DNA from: Felis catus
Lineage: Eukaryota
Length of the DNA stretch: 64,000 bases
Direction: 5' to 3'
Assembly (NCBI RefSeq): GCF_018350175.1
Contig: NC_058368.1
Location: 48,734,001 to 48,798,000, forward strand
In this document: one piece after another, positions 50,115 to 63,740 of the stretch
Numbering within the stretch: position 1 is the first letter of the stretch
Layout of the letters: each line of letters opens with the position of its first letter
Translations under genes and position numbers: made by a program
Notes under the pieces: model-generated
Database searches by the model: none
The model's input: only the letters and a program-made list of their open reading frames with translations
What the model was told of the DNA's origin: nothing

Positions 50115-50312
50115 GGGGCACCTGGGTGGCTCATTCGGTTAAATGTCTGACTCTTGATCTCCGCGCAGGTCATGAGCTCATGGCTCATGGGTTCAAGCCC
50201 CACGTCTTGATTCTAGTCAGCTTGGGATTCTCCCTCTCTCTCTGATCCTCCCTTGTGTTCTCTGTCTCTCTGTCTCTCACACACAATAAATAAATAACCT
50301 TTAAAAATATTT
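50115..50312 (+). mobile_element. Can-SINE, internally shortened; host of the next element
   Basis: Head ggggcacctgggtggctc; outer TSD ttagaaatgagcaga / ttagaagtgagctga. Confidence 0.92.
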
Positions 50313-50528
50313 TAAAAAAATTTTTAACGTTTATTTATTTTGGGGAGACAGAGAGACAGAGTGCAAGCGGGGGAGGGGCAGAGAGAGAGGGAGACACAGG
50401 ATCCGAAGCAGGCCCCAGGCTCCGAGCTGTCAGCACAGAGCCGGCTGCGGGGCTCCAACCTACAAAGCGCAGGATCATGACCTGGGCTGAAGTCAGATGC
50501 TTAACCGACTGAGCCACCCAGGTGCCCC
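50313..50528 (-). mobile_element. Can-SINE inserted in the tail of the previous SINE
   Basis: TSD ctttaaaaatattt on both sides. Confidence 0.95.
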
Positions 50529-51479
50529 AAACTTTAAAAATATTTAGAAGTGAGCTGATACACAAATTGGAAACTGCACTTTCTTGAATTAGTGATTAGG
50601 CCTTCTTCACAGGGATTGATTTTGGAGCTACACACATAGAGCTAGAGTCACTTTTGTCTCTGGGTGACTTTATTTTCTCTGCACGGTGTGCAGAGAATTG
50701 GAGGGCAAGCTGATTGCCGCATCGTCACATCAGGTTGAAATCAGTTCAAACCGTCTACTGACACCACATATGTATATGATGGGCTGCCCCAGGCTACAGT
50801 ATCCCAGGGGAGGTACCGGGATTTACTTGACTTTCTGTTACCTTGTGGTCATGTGGGGGATGGGGTTACCTTTTGTGGTGGTTAGGAAGACAAGGGGGAG
50901 GGATGCCTGGGATCTGGAGCCCCTTCCCGTTTTTTCCAGCTCCTGAAGGAACCCGGAATCCCCTCCCAAGTGCCGTGGACAGTGCACGTGAGAAAGAAGA
51001 ACAATCTCATTTTTGCTGTTAGGAATGCATGGGGAGAGGAAGGTTTTTGGCACTCTTACACTGGAACAAGTGACACATTTCCTCATAAAAAACAAGATCT
51101 TGCTTCCCCAAAGATTAACAGACATTATGTGGAGAAGCATGAGGAATGGGCATTTGTCAGCTAAGCTTGAGAACTGCTTGGTCAAATACATTCAGCATTT
51201 TTTTTTTGTTTTATGTAAAGTAATGTGTGTGTAATGCCTTAATACATATGACAAGCCTCCTTAGAAGCACGTGTGGGGGACATTTATTCCTAAACTGTTT
51301 TGACGGTTCTTTCCCCAGGAACATCATGTGAGACTAGTATTTCTTGGAACACACTTTGGAAAATGCTGCCCTTGACCAACCTGTTTTCGACTCAAGCCTC
51401 AAGTGTATAATGGGCTGTTAACTTCAGTTTCTTTTTTTTTTTGAGCCTATCATTGTCATATTGAAGTTCTTTTGTACAA

Positions 51480-51640
51480 GGATTTATTGAATAGCACTGG
51501 TTTATTAAGTGTCTACTATGTGCCCGCTCTGCTTTGGTGCTGGAGATAAAAGACGAATAAGACACATGGTCCTTGCCCTCAAAAAGTTCATTTTCTACCA
51601 GAGGAACCAGGCACACTGCAAACAATCAAGTTAAGTGTTC
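51480..51640 (-). mobile_element. L2 3' fragment
   Basis: tttattaagtgtctactatgtgcc...gaataagacacatggtccttgccctcaa. Confidence 0.8.
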
Positions 51641-51759
51641 ACATTCTATATGAACATGGCACTTGCCAATGGTGCCACAGAGAAGGGTGACAACACGTCC
51701 TGAGGACAGGAGAACATCCTCTGAACCAGCTGAACTTGCCACCCCTTGACTGCTATCTG

Positions 51760-52207
51760 ATATCTAGTCCCCACCTCCAAAGAGTCCCCTTATTTCTGCT
51801 TGGAAAATTTCCCGGGAACCTGACTCCAGTGCAGCTACTCTAGTCTGTACCCCATCCGTCTGAACAAGGACAGGTTCAGGGGCAGCAAATGGCCTGAGTC
51901 AGTCCAGTGAGAACAAATCTCAGCAATTATACCTGGAATGTTGTATTCTGTATTCTTGCCTCCTGACAGACTCCAGCCACTTCTGCTACTCTGAGCAAAA
52001 CCAGCCTGGAACAAAGTAGGATACGGATGAGGGCAGGGCTTAGAGAATCTCAAGAAACTGAGCCAAACTGAGTTTGGAATCAACGGCATCAAAGCCTACC
52101 CTCCCTCCACACTTTTCAGTTCTCTGAATAACAACTTTCCTTTATTGTTTAGGCCAATTTGTCTTAAGTTTTCCATTTCTTGAACTTAAAATATCCTTGG
52201 TGATATA
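51760..52207 (+). mobile_element. Old MaLR LTR (MLT1K/L-like)
   Basis: 3' end acttttcagttctctgaataacaactttcctttattgtttaggccaattt...atccttggtgatata; left edge uncertain. Confidence 0.6.
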
Positions 52208-53775
52208 ATCCTGTGCCCATGCCTTTGCCCTGTCATTCCCTCCAACTAAAATAGCCATCTTTCCACTGACCCAGGTCCTACTCCAGTTCTGCCATCACCT
52301 TGTAGCCCTCCTGGGTCAGCTGGGTTCATAGGGCTCTCTCCCTCCTTTACCACTCACTTGCACTATGTTCATTTAGCACCTAAACACTTCTGTTAACACA
52401 CACACGTGCATCATGCACACACACACTCATGTCTATGTCTCATCTCCTCTCTTAGGCTATACATTTTGAAAATAAAGATTATAACTAATCATGTCACATG
52501 GAATAAAGTGCTCCATAAACATTTGTTGGATAAATATGAAACTTTTACATTATAACTCACTTCCTGCAGCTCTTAGGGCAATGCCTAACATATACCCAAA
52601 TCATGATAGTCTTGCACGTTTGACTTCTCAGCTGTCACGCCATCTTGGCATCATCTTTGATTCCTCCCACGTGGGAGTGATCACTCCCCTTTTTGTGCAT
52701 CATCACAACTACTACATTGTTGCTTTTACTTATTTCTGAAGCTTTCTCCTGCTAGATGGTAGAGACAGAGACCATATTTTTCCATTTCTTATTTCTCCAA
52801 TATCTTATCAGGTACACAGTGGTTCCTCAATAGATCTTGTTAAACATAAGAGAGTGAAATTGGTTATTTCTAGTTCTTACACTCATACCTAAAATATCTG
52901 TACAATTCCAACTGATATAATAATTCTTCCATTTTGTTCAAATATATCACAGACATACAGAGCAGCCTAAGTGGTGAGATGGGCTGAAGCAGTACATTGA
53001 TTTCATTCATCCAAAGACAAAGCATATTAGTTCAAGAATGATCTTATCCAAAACACTTCTATGTCAAAATTTAGTGCTTCAATAAAAATTATCTCTGTGT
53101 CTGGGTGACAACCTATCCTAACACCATATTCCTCACTGTGATAAAATGAATTGTTTTAAATCAAAGAATCTGTACATAAAGTAGAAGAGAAGCAGGTATT
53201 ACCAAATCCTTTTAAAGCACCATGACCCTTTGATAAATATTGAGTGCACCCAGTGTGATAGCTGGAATATCAAATGCCTTGAGTGATTTGCTCTAGGAGA
53301 TAACATTTCATTAAAGGAGCACAGTAGCAAAAAGGCTCAGCCTTCTGGCAAGTCTTTATCTTTTCCCCACTCCCAAGTCAGCCTGACTTGTCATAGATTT
53401 GCATCCATCTAGGCCCTGCTCTCCATGCGTCTTTGTCTTTAATGTGGCCCTCACGTCTCTGCCACTTTGCTGAGATTCCCTAATACTGTACATTTGTTTT
53501 CTACAGTCTGCCATCTTCACAAGCGATGTGACTCCTTACCAATTTTCTTTGATCATCGCTCAGAAGAGACTTCCGTGTTCTTTCCCAAATCACAAAACAA
53601 TTTTTTTTCTAGTTACGAAAATACTATCATGACCACCAATTCCCCCATTTCAGGATAACTTGAAATAAAGAAAAAATTCCACTAATAATATTATTTGGAA
53701 AACCTGTCAAAGATTTTAAAAGCATTTATTCTACACTCTGATAAAGTGATAGCAGCAGACATAAAGATAGGACAC

Positions 53776-53930
53776 GCTATTCAAGGTGTGGCCCACGGAC
53801 CACTAGCCTCAGCACCACTGGGAGTCTGACAGAAATCCACAACCTCAGGCCCTTAGACCTCCTGAATCACAATCTACATTTAACATGATCCCCAAGTAAC
53901 TCATATATACAATGATGTTTGGAAAGCACT
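53776..53930. mobile_element. MER5A-type hAT MITE
   Basis: tcaaggtgtggcccacggaccactagcctcagcacc...ctgaatcacaatctacatttaacatgatcccc...gtttggaaagcact. Confidence 0.85.
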
Positions 53931-56282
53931 TAAATATAAACATAAAAAGGCTTTTAAACATCAAAATATTTTTAGCAGTGTTGCTGACAGATTTTTATTC
54001 TTTATGTTGCACTTTCTAATCTTTCTGCCAAGAAGATTCTCCATAAATGTTATTTCAAAAGATAATGAAAATATAGTGTCAGCTTAGAGCTCACAAACTT
54101 GTAGGGACGCCACACTTCCATGAAAGCCCAGAAACAGGTGTGGCTAACTCAATATGGTAAACCAGGAAAGGAGTTCGTTTTTCCAAACCATAGAAAAAAA
54201 TGAATATAATATTCCCGCTTGACTTCCTCCCAAGGATGCTGCAATATTTAACACTGTTATTTATGGAACACAGCAATATGCATCGAGAAAGAACTATGTA
54301 AGCAACATTCTTGCAAATAATGTTTTGATGAGAATTTCCTCCAGCAAATATTTTCTCCATTATAAATGTTCAAAAGTATGCAGAGATAAACCGTAATTAC
54401 TGGAGACTTGGTAATTATGCATGCAAGCTTACTGCAATCCACAGCAAGCTAAGGGTTGCCTTCCCAGAAGGCTGCAGATACCCACTGGAGCAGAGAGACA
54501 CAGTGCTCAGTAGCACAGCAACCAGTAGAGCTCTACTGACCAGCAGGCCTCACCGGAAATAAAAATATTTTCCTTGGCTCTGTTTTTAAACAATATTCAA
54601 CGTTGCCAGCAGTTTTTATGTAGAAAAACTGCAGTATTTGTCTACAAGGATAATGGTTTACTTGACTAAATGTATTGCAGACTGGACATCTTACTATCGA
54701 AGCACACAGTTGGCACTAATGTCACGTGGCGATTTGACGTGAACACTCGACTATCATAAAAAGTATGCGTTAAGTGCTTCTTCAATCAGCTACTAGTGAT
54801 GTAGATCCCAACCACTGGGGACGTATCAACTCTGTAGTGTTTACCTTTCCTCTTCTAGTCGAGGTCAAGCAAGATGGAGTCAAGTTTCCCAGCAGAGTCT
54901 ATATATACGCCAATACTTTCTTTAAACTATGTTGAGAAAATAACGTATGTTTTGTTATAGACTACATTAAATTAAATTAAATGTTGTTGCAAACCAGATT
55001 AAATTGTTATAAAATACACATTTTGTTACAAACTATAACAAAATAAATATTTCTTCCTATTCCATCAATAGTGTACTAAGAAATTCCTTATTGAGGTCCT
55101 TCTCTCTCATCACCAAATGCTCTTAAATCATCCCAGACTTTGTAACAATACACTTTAGAAGCCACTGAGGCCTCAAAAACAACAAATGAGACCAAGGACA
55201 GAGGGAGACTGGCATATACAGCAAACTAGCTCACCAGTCGACATATCAGTCAGTCAACAATTTTTATTTACGACCTGATCAACAACAACTTGGAGGGCTG
55301 TTTGAACTTCATTGGCAGATTGTTATGCATTGTGGGTTAACAGGCTTAGGGTAGGGCCAAAGAAGTTTGGGCTGTTGGATAGAAGAGTGGGAGGAGGCAG
55401 CAAGGGTCAAGTAACAGCCTTGGAACTTTTAGTTCTGAATGGTGCTAACACTGGCCAGACCAATGATTTTGGCGCGTAAGACCTCTTAACTTTGCTGTAG
55501 GTCATCTGGAGTTCTGTAATCAGAACAGTGATGAGCTAAGATTGTTGCTATGACTAATGGTTAATGAAGTACTTTAAAATAGTGAGGTTTTTCTACACAC
55601 CTGTTGAAATGGTATCTTTTAGATGTGCAATCATAGAGCAATCACCAGGCTCTTCCAGAAAAAGAACAAACACATGTAACTCAGAAACACAATCTTAATG
55701 ATTTTTTTTTTCAGAAAGTTTTATCTTGGGATATATATGTGGAACTGCAATGCCTTAAGATTGGTAACAGTTTCTTTTGCTGGTATATGCTCATTCCAGT
55801 CTGTGACAATTGTAATATATCTCACTTAAAACTGAGGCTCAGCTCTTCTTACTTAGCCACATTTCCCTCCCCAGATGTTTATATGGGGACATCAAGACCT
55901 AATCAAAGTCCTGTTTTCAGATATAATAGAATGGATGGATGGGCCCTGGGTCAGAGTTCCCCTCCCTCCAACCCCCAGAAGATTAAGCAGTAGCCTTGGA
56001 TGCTGAGACAGCTTGGGGCAAAGTGGCTGGAAATTCTGGACAAGGGTGATAGTGGAGGGTGTGTTTGGAGACAAAAGCATCCCGAGGTTCAGAGATTCAG
56101 AGACACCTTATCCAGATTACCCTGGGAGGTGAGCATATTGGCTGTATAACATCCTATGGGGTGGTGTCAGGCAGAGGAGTTATCCTTTTTGCTTTCCTCC
56201 AACACTTCCATTTCCTTCCAAGATTTTTTTAGAGAACTTCAGTTGGTTATTTAAGCTAGATTTTACCTAAATTACAAATAAA

Positions 56283-56520
56283 ATAGCTATGACATATAGT
56301 GCTTACAATTCGCCAACCATGGTCTAAGTGTTTGGTTTATATATTAACTCATTAAATAATACTGATTCTATACAGTATGTACTCTCCCCTTTTACAGAGG
56401 AAGAAACTGAGGCACAGAGAGGTGAAGGAAGTTGCTCAAGGACATTGCCAGAAAGTGGTAGAGCTGGAATTTGAACCCAGTTTAACCAACCAGTCTCGTG
56501 CTCTTAATTCCTGTTCCCTA
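56283..56520 (-). mobile_element. MIR
   Basis: ttttacagaggaagaaactgaggcacagagaggtgaaggaagttgctcaagg...gagctggaatttgaacccag. Confidence 0.9.
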
Positions 56521-56675
56521 CCTCTTCACTGTGTAGCTCTATTAAATGAGATACCATACAGAAAATATAAACCATAGGACCTGTGCTCAGACAATGCTCA
56601 ACAAATTTGAGCTCCACTCGTGTGACAATGTTAAGGTCTAGTCTTACTTCCAGGGAGGACAGACTCCATTATCGC

Positions 56676-56908
56676 TCAGAGGTTAAAATTATAGGTGCAG
56701 CACTTAGCCTGGGTTCAAAATCCTGCCACCCCTTACTAGCTGTGTGGCCAAGCTCCATAATGTCTGTGTGCCTTAGTGTCCTCATTTGTAAAAGGTGATA
56801 ATGAGTGTAGCGCTTCTGAGGGTTGCTGTGATGTTGAATGAGATACCATGTAAACTTCTTGGAGAGTCCTTGGTATATAGTAACCACTCAGGAAACTCTG
56901 TTGTTGTT
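56676..56908 (+). mobile_element. MIR
   Basis: cctgggttcaaaatcctgcc...cttactagctgtgtg...ccttagtgtcctcatttgtaaaag. Confidence 0.88.
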
Positions 56909-59900
56909 ACCAGGGAACCTATATGGAGTAATTTAATACCAATTTAATACCTGGTATTCCATTGGGAACATGGTAGTAAATAAATGGTAGTAAGTAAATA
57001 TTTAATGAATGACTGAATGGACATATGACTTAATTAATTGACCCAAGTTTGATTTGCCCCAGGGATGACTAGGGGCCAGAGAGGTTGTATAATATTTTCC
57101 TGCTCCCTGAAGGATGCCAGGATGACTCAGCAAACCCTCATTCTGGCATTTGACAGTGATATGCTAAGCTGCTTGGGCACCGTCTGACTTTGACATGATC
57201 CCAACTCTGACACATTTCATGGTTTGAAACACTGACAGACCCAACCCAGGTCAGTCCCAAGGTACTGAGAGTTGCTACAGATTGGGGCATAGCCAGAAGA
57301 AAAAATTTATTTAGCATTTGCTCACTAAATACAATACACGTGACCTTCTAATGACCAAAGCTTTACTCAATAACAATTATTCTGATTTTTTTTTAACGTC
57401 TATCTAAAAAACATAACGTTTGCAATGCTGCCCCTTCGAGACAGCTTAAGTTCTGGGAATCTCTCTAGAAAAACAAAAATAAGAAGAGGAAAAGTGTGTT
57501 AGTATAGTTTTGGTGTTTTGTGTATTTAATTCTTAGATAATTAGTGCATTACTAAGTATTTTATTGGTGTAGCCCATTCATGCCATCATTTGTTGATCTA
57601 ACAAATACTTATTAAATACCTATCATGTGTCAGACACTGTTCTAGGAGTGGAGGATATACCAGTGGACAAAACAGACCTAAGTTACATCAATCAACCAGG
57701 CTGTACAACAGAATATTTACATTGGGATTATATTACTTCAATGTAGTAATACTTTTCTGAAACGAATCATGAAATTGATAATCAAACACACTAGCCACTT
57801 TGGATATTATTTTCCTGTTGATAGGTAATCAGCTCAAAAGTAAAAGGTGACTTTCCTACATAAATACATTTGAACATGCTCCTGTGCCTCCTGAATATCC
57901 AAGCATGAAGAATCATGCTCAGGATTTCCAAACCTATTTGGTCACAGAGACCTCCTTCTAGTGGATTGTTTTGTTGGACAATTATTTCACTGAACTCATT
58001 TTGGAAAAAAATATTTGCTAAGCCTCCTCTATAATTTATTTTCAGGGCATAAAGGAATTATAGACAATGGTAGGCTCGTAAGAAAAATCGAAGAACCAAT
58101 TTTTCATCTTGTTTTGTAAGACGAACAACAGGACAATAAAAATGCACCCTAGATCAATAGCTTTCCTTCCTAAACAATGTCTATATCTGATACATGTTCT
58201 TCGCAGTGGTAAAGTGTGCCAAACTTTTTAGTATTTGCAAATCTAACCTAATCTAATAGGTGAAAAAGATATTTTCGGAGAGTTTAATTGAAGTTTATCC
58301 ACTGAAGAAGCACTAGTTTATTTTTTTAATTGAAAAACTTTTATAGAAATGATTCAAGGATATGTCAAATATTTCTCTTGCTTTCTTGTATAGCGTATAC
58401 CAGAGTTAATCTTTTTTTGATGTTTAGCCATCATCCTTACAGACATCAGTTCTGTGCTTTAACGCGGTTGATACCTTTAAGAGGTAGTGATGTTTTAAAG
58501 GCTTTTTGCCAGGGGCGGGAAGGGGCTCTGAATACCATGCTTCTGTTGTTTTTCTGGCTATTCGATTTCCGTCAGCTGTAACTTTTTATGTATGTGAATA
58601 TCTTTTTGGCTTCTAATCTATTTCCTTAATTAAGATTTTATCATCTGAAGGAGGGAGCGAAAGAGATTCCTAGTCCTCAAAATAAATAATTGTAATAGCT
58701 ACCACTTACGAAGTCTTTTATGTTTCAGGTAGATGTTTATATGCATTATCTTATGTCATGTTCATAGAGACCTTATATTGTAGATATTATCATTTACATT
58801 TTACTGATAAGGCAACCCAGGCTACTGACAGTTTATAAGTGCGAGAGCTGGGATTCAGTGTTCAGAGGGCCACATTCCCCTCTCCAGTAGAAAGTGTATG
58901 TGCTTTGTGACAACTGTTTTCTCGCTGTTCAAAGTCCTTTTTCACCACTGATATTTGGATTCCCAGATGTGTGCTTCGGGTCTGGGGTTACTCTACATGT
59001 GACCTTTGAAACACAGGGCACAAACACACATTACTTTACACTCAACATGCTTTTGAAGCCAGAAGCTCAGAATATCTTAATGTGAACCCAAATAGCTAAA
59101 AAGCCAGGTCAGCAATCATTTTAGCAATAAATGTCTGCTTCATTATAAGAACTCTCTCTCTCTCTAATGAATTTCCTTTTCAAAGGATTTTATGTGAAGC
59201 ATGTGACAAGCAGTATATTCTGTTTTTGAATTAGCAAGGAGACTGAAAGAGCTTGGCATTTGTGGCATACAGGTGGCTGATTTATCATTTCCTATCTGGC
59301 TAAGCCACATCTGAAGTTCTTTTATTGTTACTTTATCACAAGATAGGATTTTCCTCCTTCCTGTCCACTCTTAGTGCCACAGAATACAAATGCCCAGAGC
59401 TCTGAAAAATCTTTTTATTTTGTTGAGTTTAATTCATTTTCTTCCCACTTACATATAGCAAACAAGCACCGATGCATGCTGATGCACTCCTGAAAAGTGT
59501 TCATTCCCTTGCTTGCTTCTCCGTCTCCAAGGCTTGTCTCAAAAAAAGCCAGCTTCCTCCCTGGCTAAGGAGAGTCACGTGTTACAGCACGGGGGGGGGG
59601 GGGGGGGGCGGGGGTGGGGTGGGGTCAGAAGGTCTTTTGCTACAAGGAAGTATATGGTTTCAGATTTTTCTTGGGATTGCTCCGGAGAAATTCTCACCGG
59701 GTGGCCACAAAACTCTAGTAAATAGGTCTATTTAGAAGACAGGTTAGCAGGCACAGGGCTCCCGACTTGCACATGTGGGTCCTTCCTTAACACCTTTGAT
59801 ACAAAACTTCCTAGTAGGTCAGATTGGCCAATTCAGGGGAGATAGTTGGTATACGTAAACTGTAACATTTTACACCCCTCCCCCCATAACTATTTTTACC

Positions 59901-60415
59901 TTCACCCCTTCCATTTTAAAAATAGGAATGATTTAAATTTCTTCCTTCAAATTTTTACGATTACAATTTCTGAAGGAAATTGTTAAGAAATGGACTCTTC
60001 TCCTCTCAATTCACATCATCTATGTTTGCGCGACACCATTGTTTTTTGGTTCGTTGTCCTATTGAGAACCTGAGCAGACACACTCAAACTGGTAACTAAG
60101 CCTCATGAACAAAAGGCAGCAAATGGACGAGCCCCTGAGAAATCTATCCTTCCCCAAAGAGTAGAAGAACAAATCAAGAGGAGTAGCTTGAATGTTAACT
60201 ACATTGTAATCCTTTTTTTAAAAAGAAAATAGACTAGATCTACAATAAAAGCAAACCAAGCAACGCGATAGTGAGTATTCTTCCCTCTCCCCAAAATACT
60301 GCATATAACTGGTTGTTCCAGTTCAATTGTTCCAGTTCAATTCCTTTTGCAAACCGCATTATGTATTTAAAAAGCCATAGCATGTGAAATCCCAGGAGTA
60401 GAAGTTAACAGTTTA

Positions 60416-60445
60416 TTTTTATTTTATTTTTTTTTAATGTTTGTT

Positions 60446-60485
<40 letters not shown>

Positions 60486-60652
60486 CGTGAGTGGGGGAGG
60501 GTCAGAGAGAGGCGGGGACACAGAATCCGAAGCGGGCTCCAGGCTCTGAGTTGTCAGCACTGAGCCCCACGTGGGGCTCAAACTAACAAACCGGGGGATC
60601 ATGACCTGAGCCAAAGTGGGACACTTTACCAGATGAGCCACCTAGGCGCCCC
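60416..60652 (-). mobile_element. Can-SINE
   Basis: Full body; TSD agaagttaacagttta / agaagtaacagttta. Confidence 0.95.
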
Positions 60653-60723
60653 AGAAGTAACAGTTTAAAGTATCCTGTTTCTGATCTTCCCTTTCAAATA
60701 TTACTGGAGACCCTATTTTCACA

Positions 60724-60724
60724 T

Positions 60725-60759
<35 letters not shown>

Positions 60760-60761
60760 TT
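60724..60761. repeat. (TTTA)n microsatellite
   Basis: About 9 units with one irregularity. Confidence 0.9.
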
Positions 60762-63179
60762 AGTTTTACTTAAAAAAAAAAAATCACTTTCCAGAAATCT
60801 AAAAACACCCACTGGATCTGCTAAAAGATATTATGAATTTGTAATGTATCGAGGCTCTATGATTTATGAATGTTTATTATGTTCTGGCTTCACATAGTGT
60901 GAGATGTGATTACAAGGTAATGAAATGGGTTTTTGTATGTGGCATGAGAAATCACTTTCATTACTTTGTATTTCTATAGTTTGCCACATTCATAAAATGG
61001 GTCTAAGTTGCCAGTTGAATGGCAAAGCTTATCTGAACTGGATGTCTTAAAAGGGAGACACTATTGAGATGATTTTCATGCTAGAAACACTTTGGGCAGC
61101 TAGTGAAACCTGTGGACTCCTCCGTATAATTTAAAAATTTTTTTAAATACATAGATTTTCAAAGAAAACCAATTATGTTGATACAGAGTTTATTATTCTC
61201 ACTGCTTGCTGTCACCTCTCAAATTGTTACCACAGACTCGTATACATCATAGGCTTCTAGGTTAGAATCAGATTGAAAACTCTCTCATTCTTTAAAGGAA
61301 CTTTTTTCTTAAAGAGCCAGTAAAGACGTGGAAGAAGCCAAGATTCTCGTGTAGCCCTTGCTTCCAGTCCCAGCTACATCCTCCCTTGCCCTATATACCC
61401 TCAGGATTCCTATTCTCTCCCTTTCTTCTGGTACCTTCTGTCAAGAGGAAAATGCTGATGATTGCTAATGCATTCTTATTAAATAATTTCAAAGGTTACT
61501 TGTATTTGTAACATAAATGTACGTTTGTGTTCGTTAGCTTGGTTTCTTTGACCTTTTTATTACCTTCTGAAGGCACATTTCATTAAGTGGATGGTCATCT
61601 CTTGTTTTGCTGAACATTTTAATGAGTTTGGATATAGGTTTGTTGTAAGAAAAACTTCAATTCTCTTTTTCCTAAAAGGAACATAATTTGGATAACTGGG
61701 GGTAAGCTGGGAAAGAAGGATGAGAGAAGGAAGGAAAAAGAAGGACAAGATGTGAGAAAGGTGCATGATATATAACATGACTCATTGTGCCTGAAAATCT
61801 CTAATACATTTTTTTTTTGAGGAGGTGATGAAAAAACAGGTGAAGGAGGTGATTTTTGCAGAGCAGAGCATGCATGAATTCAGGAACCAGAACAGAGGGA
61901 ATAGAGCAGAATTTTATAGAAAATTTTGCCAATCATTTCTCGAAGAACTAATGGAAATGACACCAAATATATATGTTGCGCTCCAAGGCCCACAGGGGTC
62001 TAGATGACATCTGTTTCACATTTAAAGATGCTCAAAGAGAGGACAAAAATAAAAGAAAGACACTCTGATGTTTTCATTTTGAGGTAGCTGACATTCCCGA
62101 TGACACTCTTTTCTCCTACTTACATCAAAAAGTAATGTGATTCCTTCATTTCTTTTTCATAGACACAGCTGGAGCTATAAGAACCACCCACCTGATAATT
62201 ATGTGCTTGCCTCAACTCCCTCTCAACTGTCTCCTTCGGAACTTCCTTCTTTTGAGGAGTTTGTTGTTGACTCTGTAGGTGATGGGGCAAAGAGGCCGCT
62301 TTGGGAGTAGATTTCTGTGGTCGGCCCTTTGGCCACTTACATATTGTGTGATCTCAACTTTTCCAACCTCCAGTTTCTCTATCAACAACAATATCTCGTA
62401 AGATCGTATTAGATTGTTTAAAATATTTATCACCTGATTAAAAAACAATTTCCAAACAGCAGAACTTAATTTAGTTAGTTTTAGTAGAAAAGTAAATTAT
62501 TAAAGATGGTTTACAAAATCTTTGAGAGGTCTAGAGAATCAGACACAGCAGCCTCGCGGCCAAGAAAAAGATCGAATTCATACCCTTGCTGGTCATAGGT
62601 ACTGCAGGGCTGAGGAAGGGACTCACTGCCAGGAAGCCCGTCACGCTGGTCTCTGTGCCGCACCTCACCATGCATGCCAGGAAAAGGGAGTCCTTATGCA
62701 GTCTCCTGCCTCCTTGTTCCCCTCCAAACTCAGTCTCCTTTGGGTAAGTCTGGTTGGCCTAACATAGGCGCCCAAGGTTGGGAAACTCAACCCTGGTTTC
62801 TACCCTGGGATGCAAGACTCAAAGAGGAAAAACTCCATACATTTAAGGAGGCTTTTTATGGCTGGTGGCTGGCCACAAAGCATGACATACCCACAGTGGT
62901 TTAAGAATATACGGTACCTGGCACATAATGAAAACTCCAAAAATGTATTTACTTTTGTTACCATGGGGTATTATGAAAAGAAAATGAGATAAATTATGGT
63001 ACTCTTGATATGCATGAATATATCCTTTTGTTAGCTGTTTTCTACTTTTTAAGTATAAAGCATGTTTAAAAAGCATGCCTCAGGTGCAAAATATTTTAAA
63101 GATCACACATGCAACCTTGTGTAAATTGCAAGACAACACATTGAATGTGTTAGATGTCTTGTGTTTTTCTCTCTAGCTT

Positions 63180-63740
63180 CCCTTGTCACATCCCTGCATC
63201 CTTCTCTGGAGACTAAGACTCCGATAGATAGCAGCAGGCTTCTTTAGCCTCAGATTCTCCTTGAGTCTGCCAAAGAGAATGCTAGCAGGAGATCAGAGGG
63301 CGGAGGGAGCGTAAAGACAGGAAAATTGAGCTGGAGTTTTCTTGCAAGGTGCAGGGATCACGGGGTTGGCTGCATCCCTTGGTCCAAAGTCACATAATGT
63401 TTACAGCACTGTCCATAACAGGCTCTGGTAAGTAGTGGGAAAGAGGGATAAATTCTATGTCATTTAAACTGCTACTTGATTTTGTAACAGAAATATACAT
63501 TTGTGTTCTTTAGCTTGGTTTCTTAGTTTTTTGTTAGTAAGCTTTCTCCATCTTTAGGTTCTCCTGGCCTGGCATCTTTCAGCTCAAGGATGGTACCAGT
63601 GCCCCTGGTAACCAGCCCCATGGTACCACAGTATCCTTTGTACACTCTGCACACTTGAAAGTAATCCCTTAATTAAATTCTCCCCAAATATATAAGTTGA
63701 CTGAGCCATCTCTTTCCTACCTGGACTCTGACCAGTATCC
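63180..63740 (+). mobile_element. ERVL LTR (LTR33-like) with an internal foreign segment
   Basis: gcaggagatcagagggcggaggg; cccttaattaaattctcc...gccatctctttcctacctggactctgacc resembles the LTR33 3' end. Confidence 0.7.

Noticed and set aside
60313..60342. 14-bp tandem duplication (similar ones at 20572-20602 and 23635-23664)
   Set aside because: Ordinary slippage duplications with no further structure.
62212..62448. Basic ORF (KRRKFRRR) suggesting a processed pseudogene
   Set aside because: No recognisable protein, no polyA or TSD; part overlaps MIR-like sequence.
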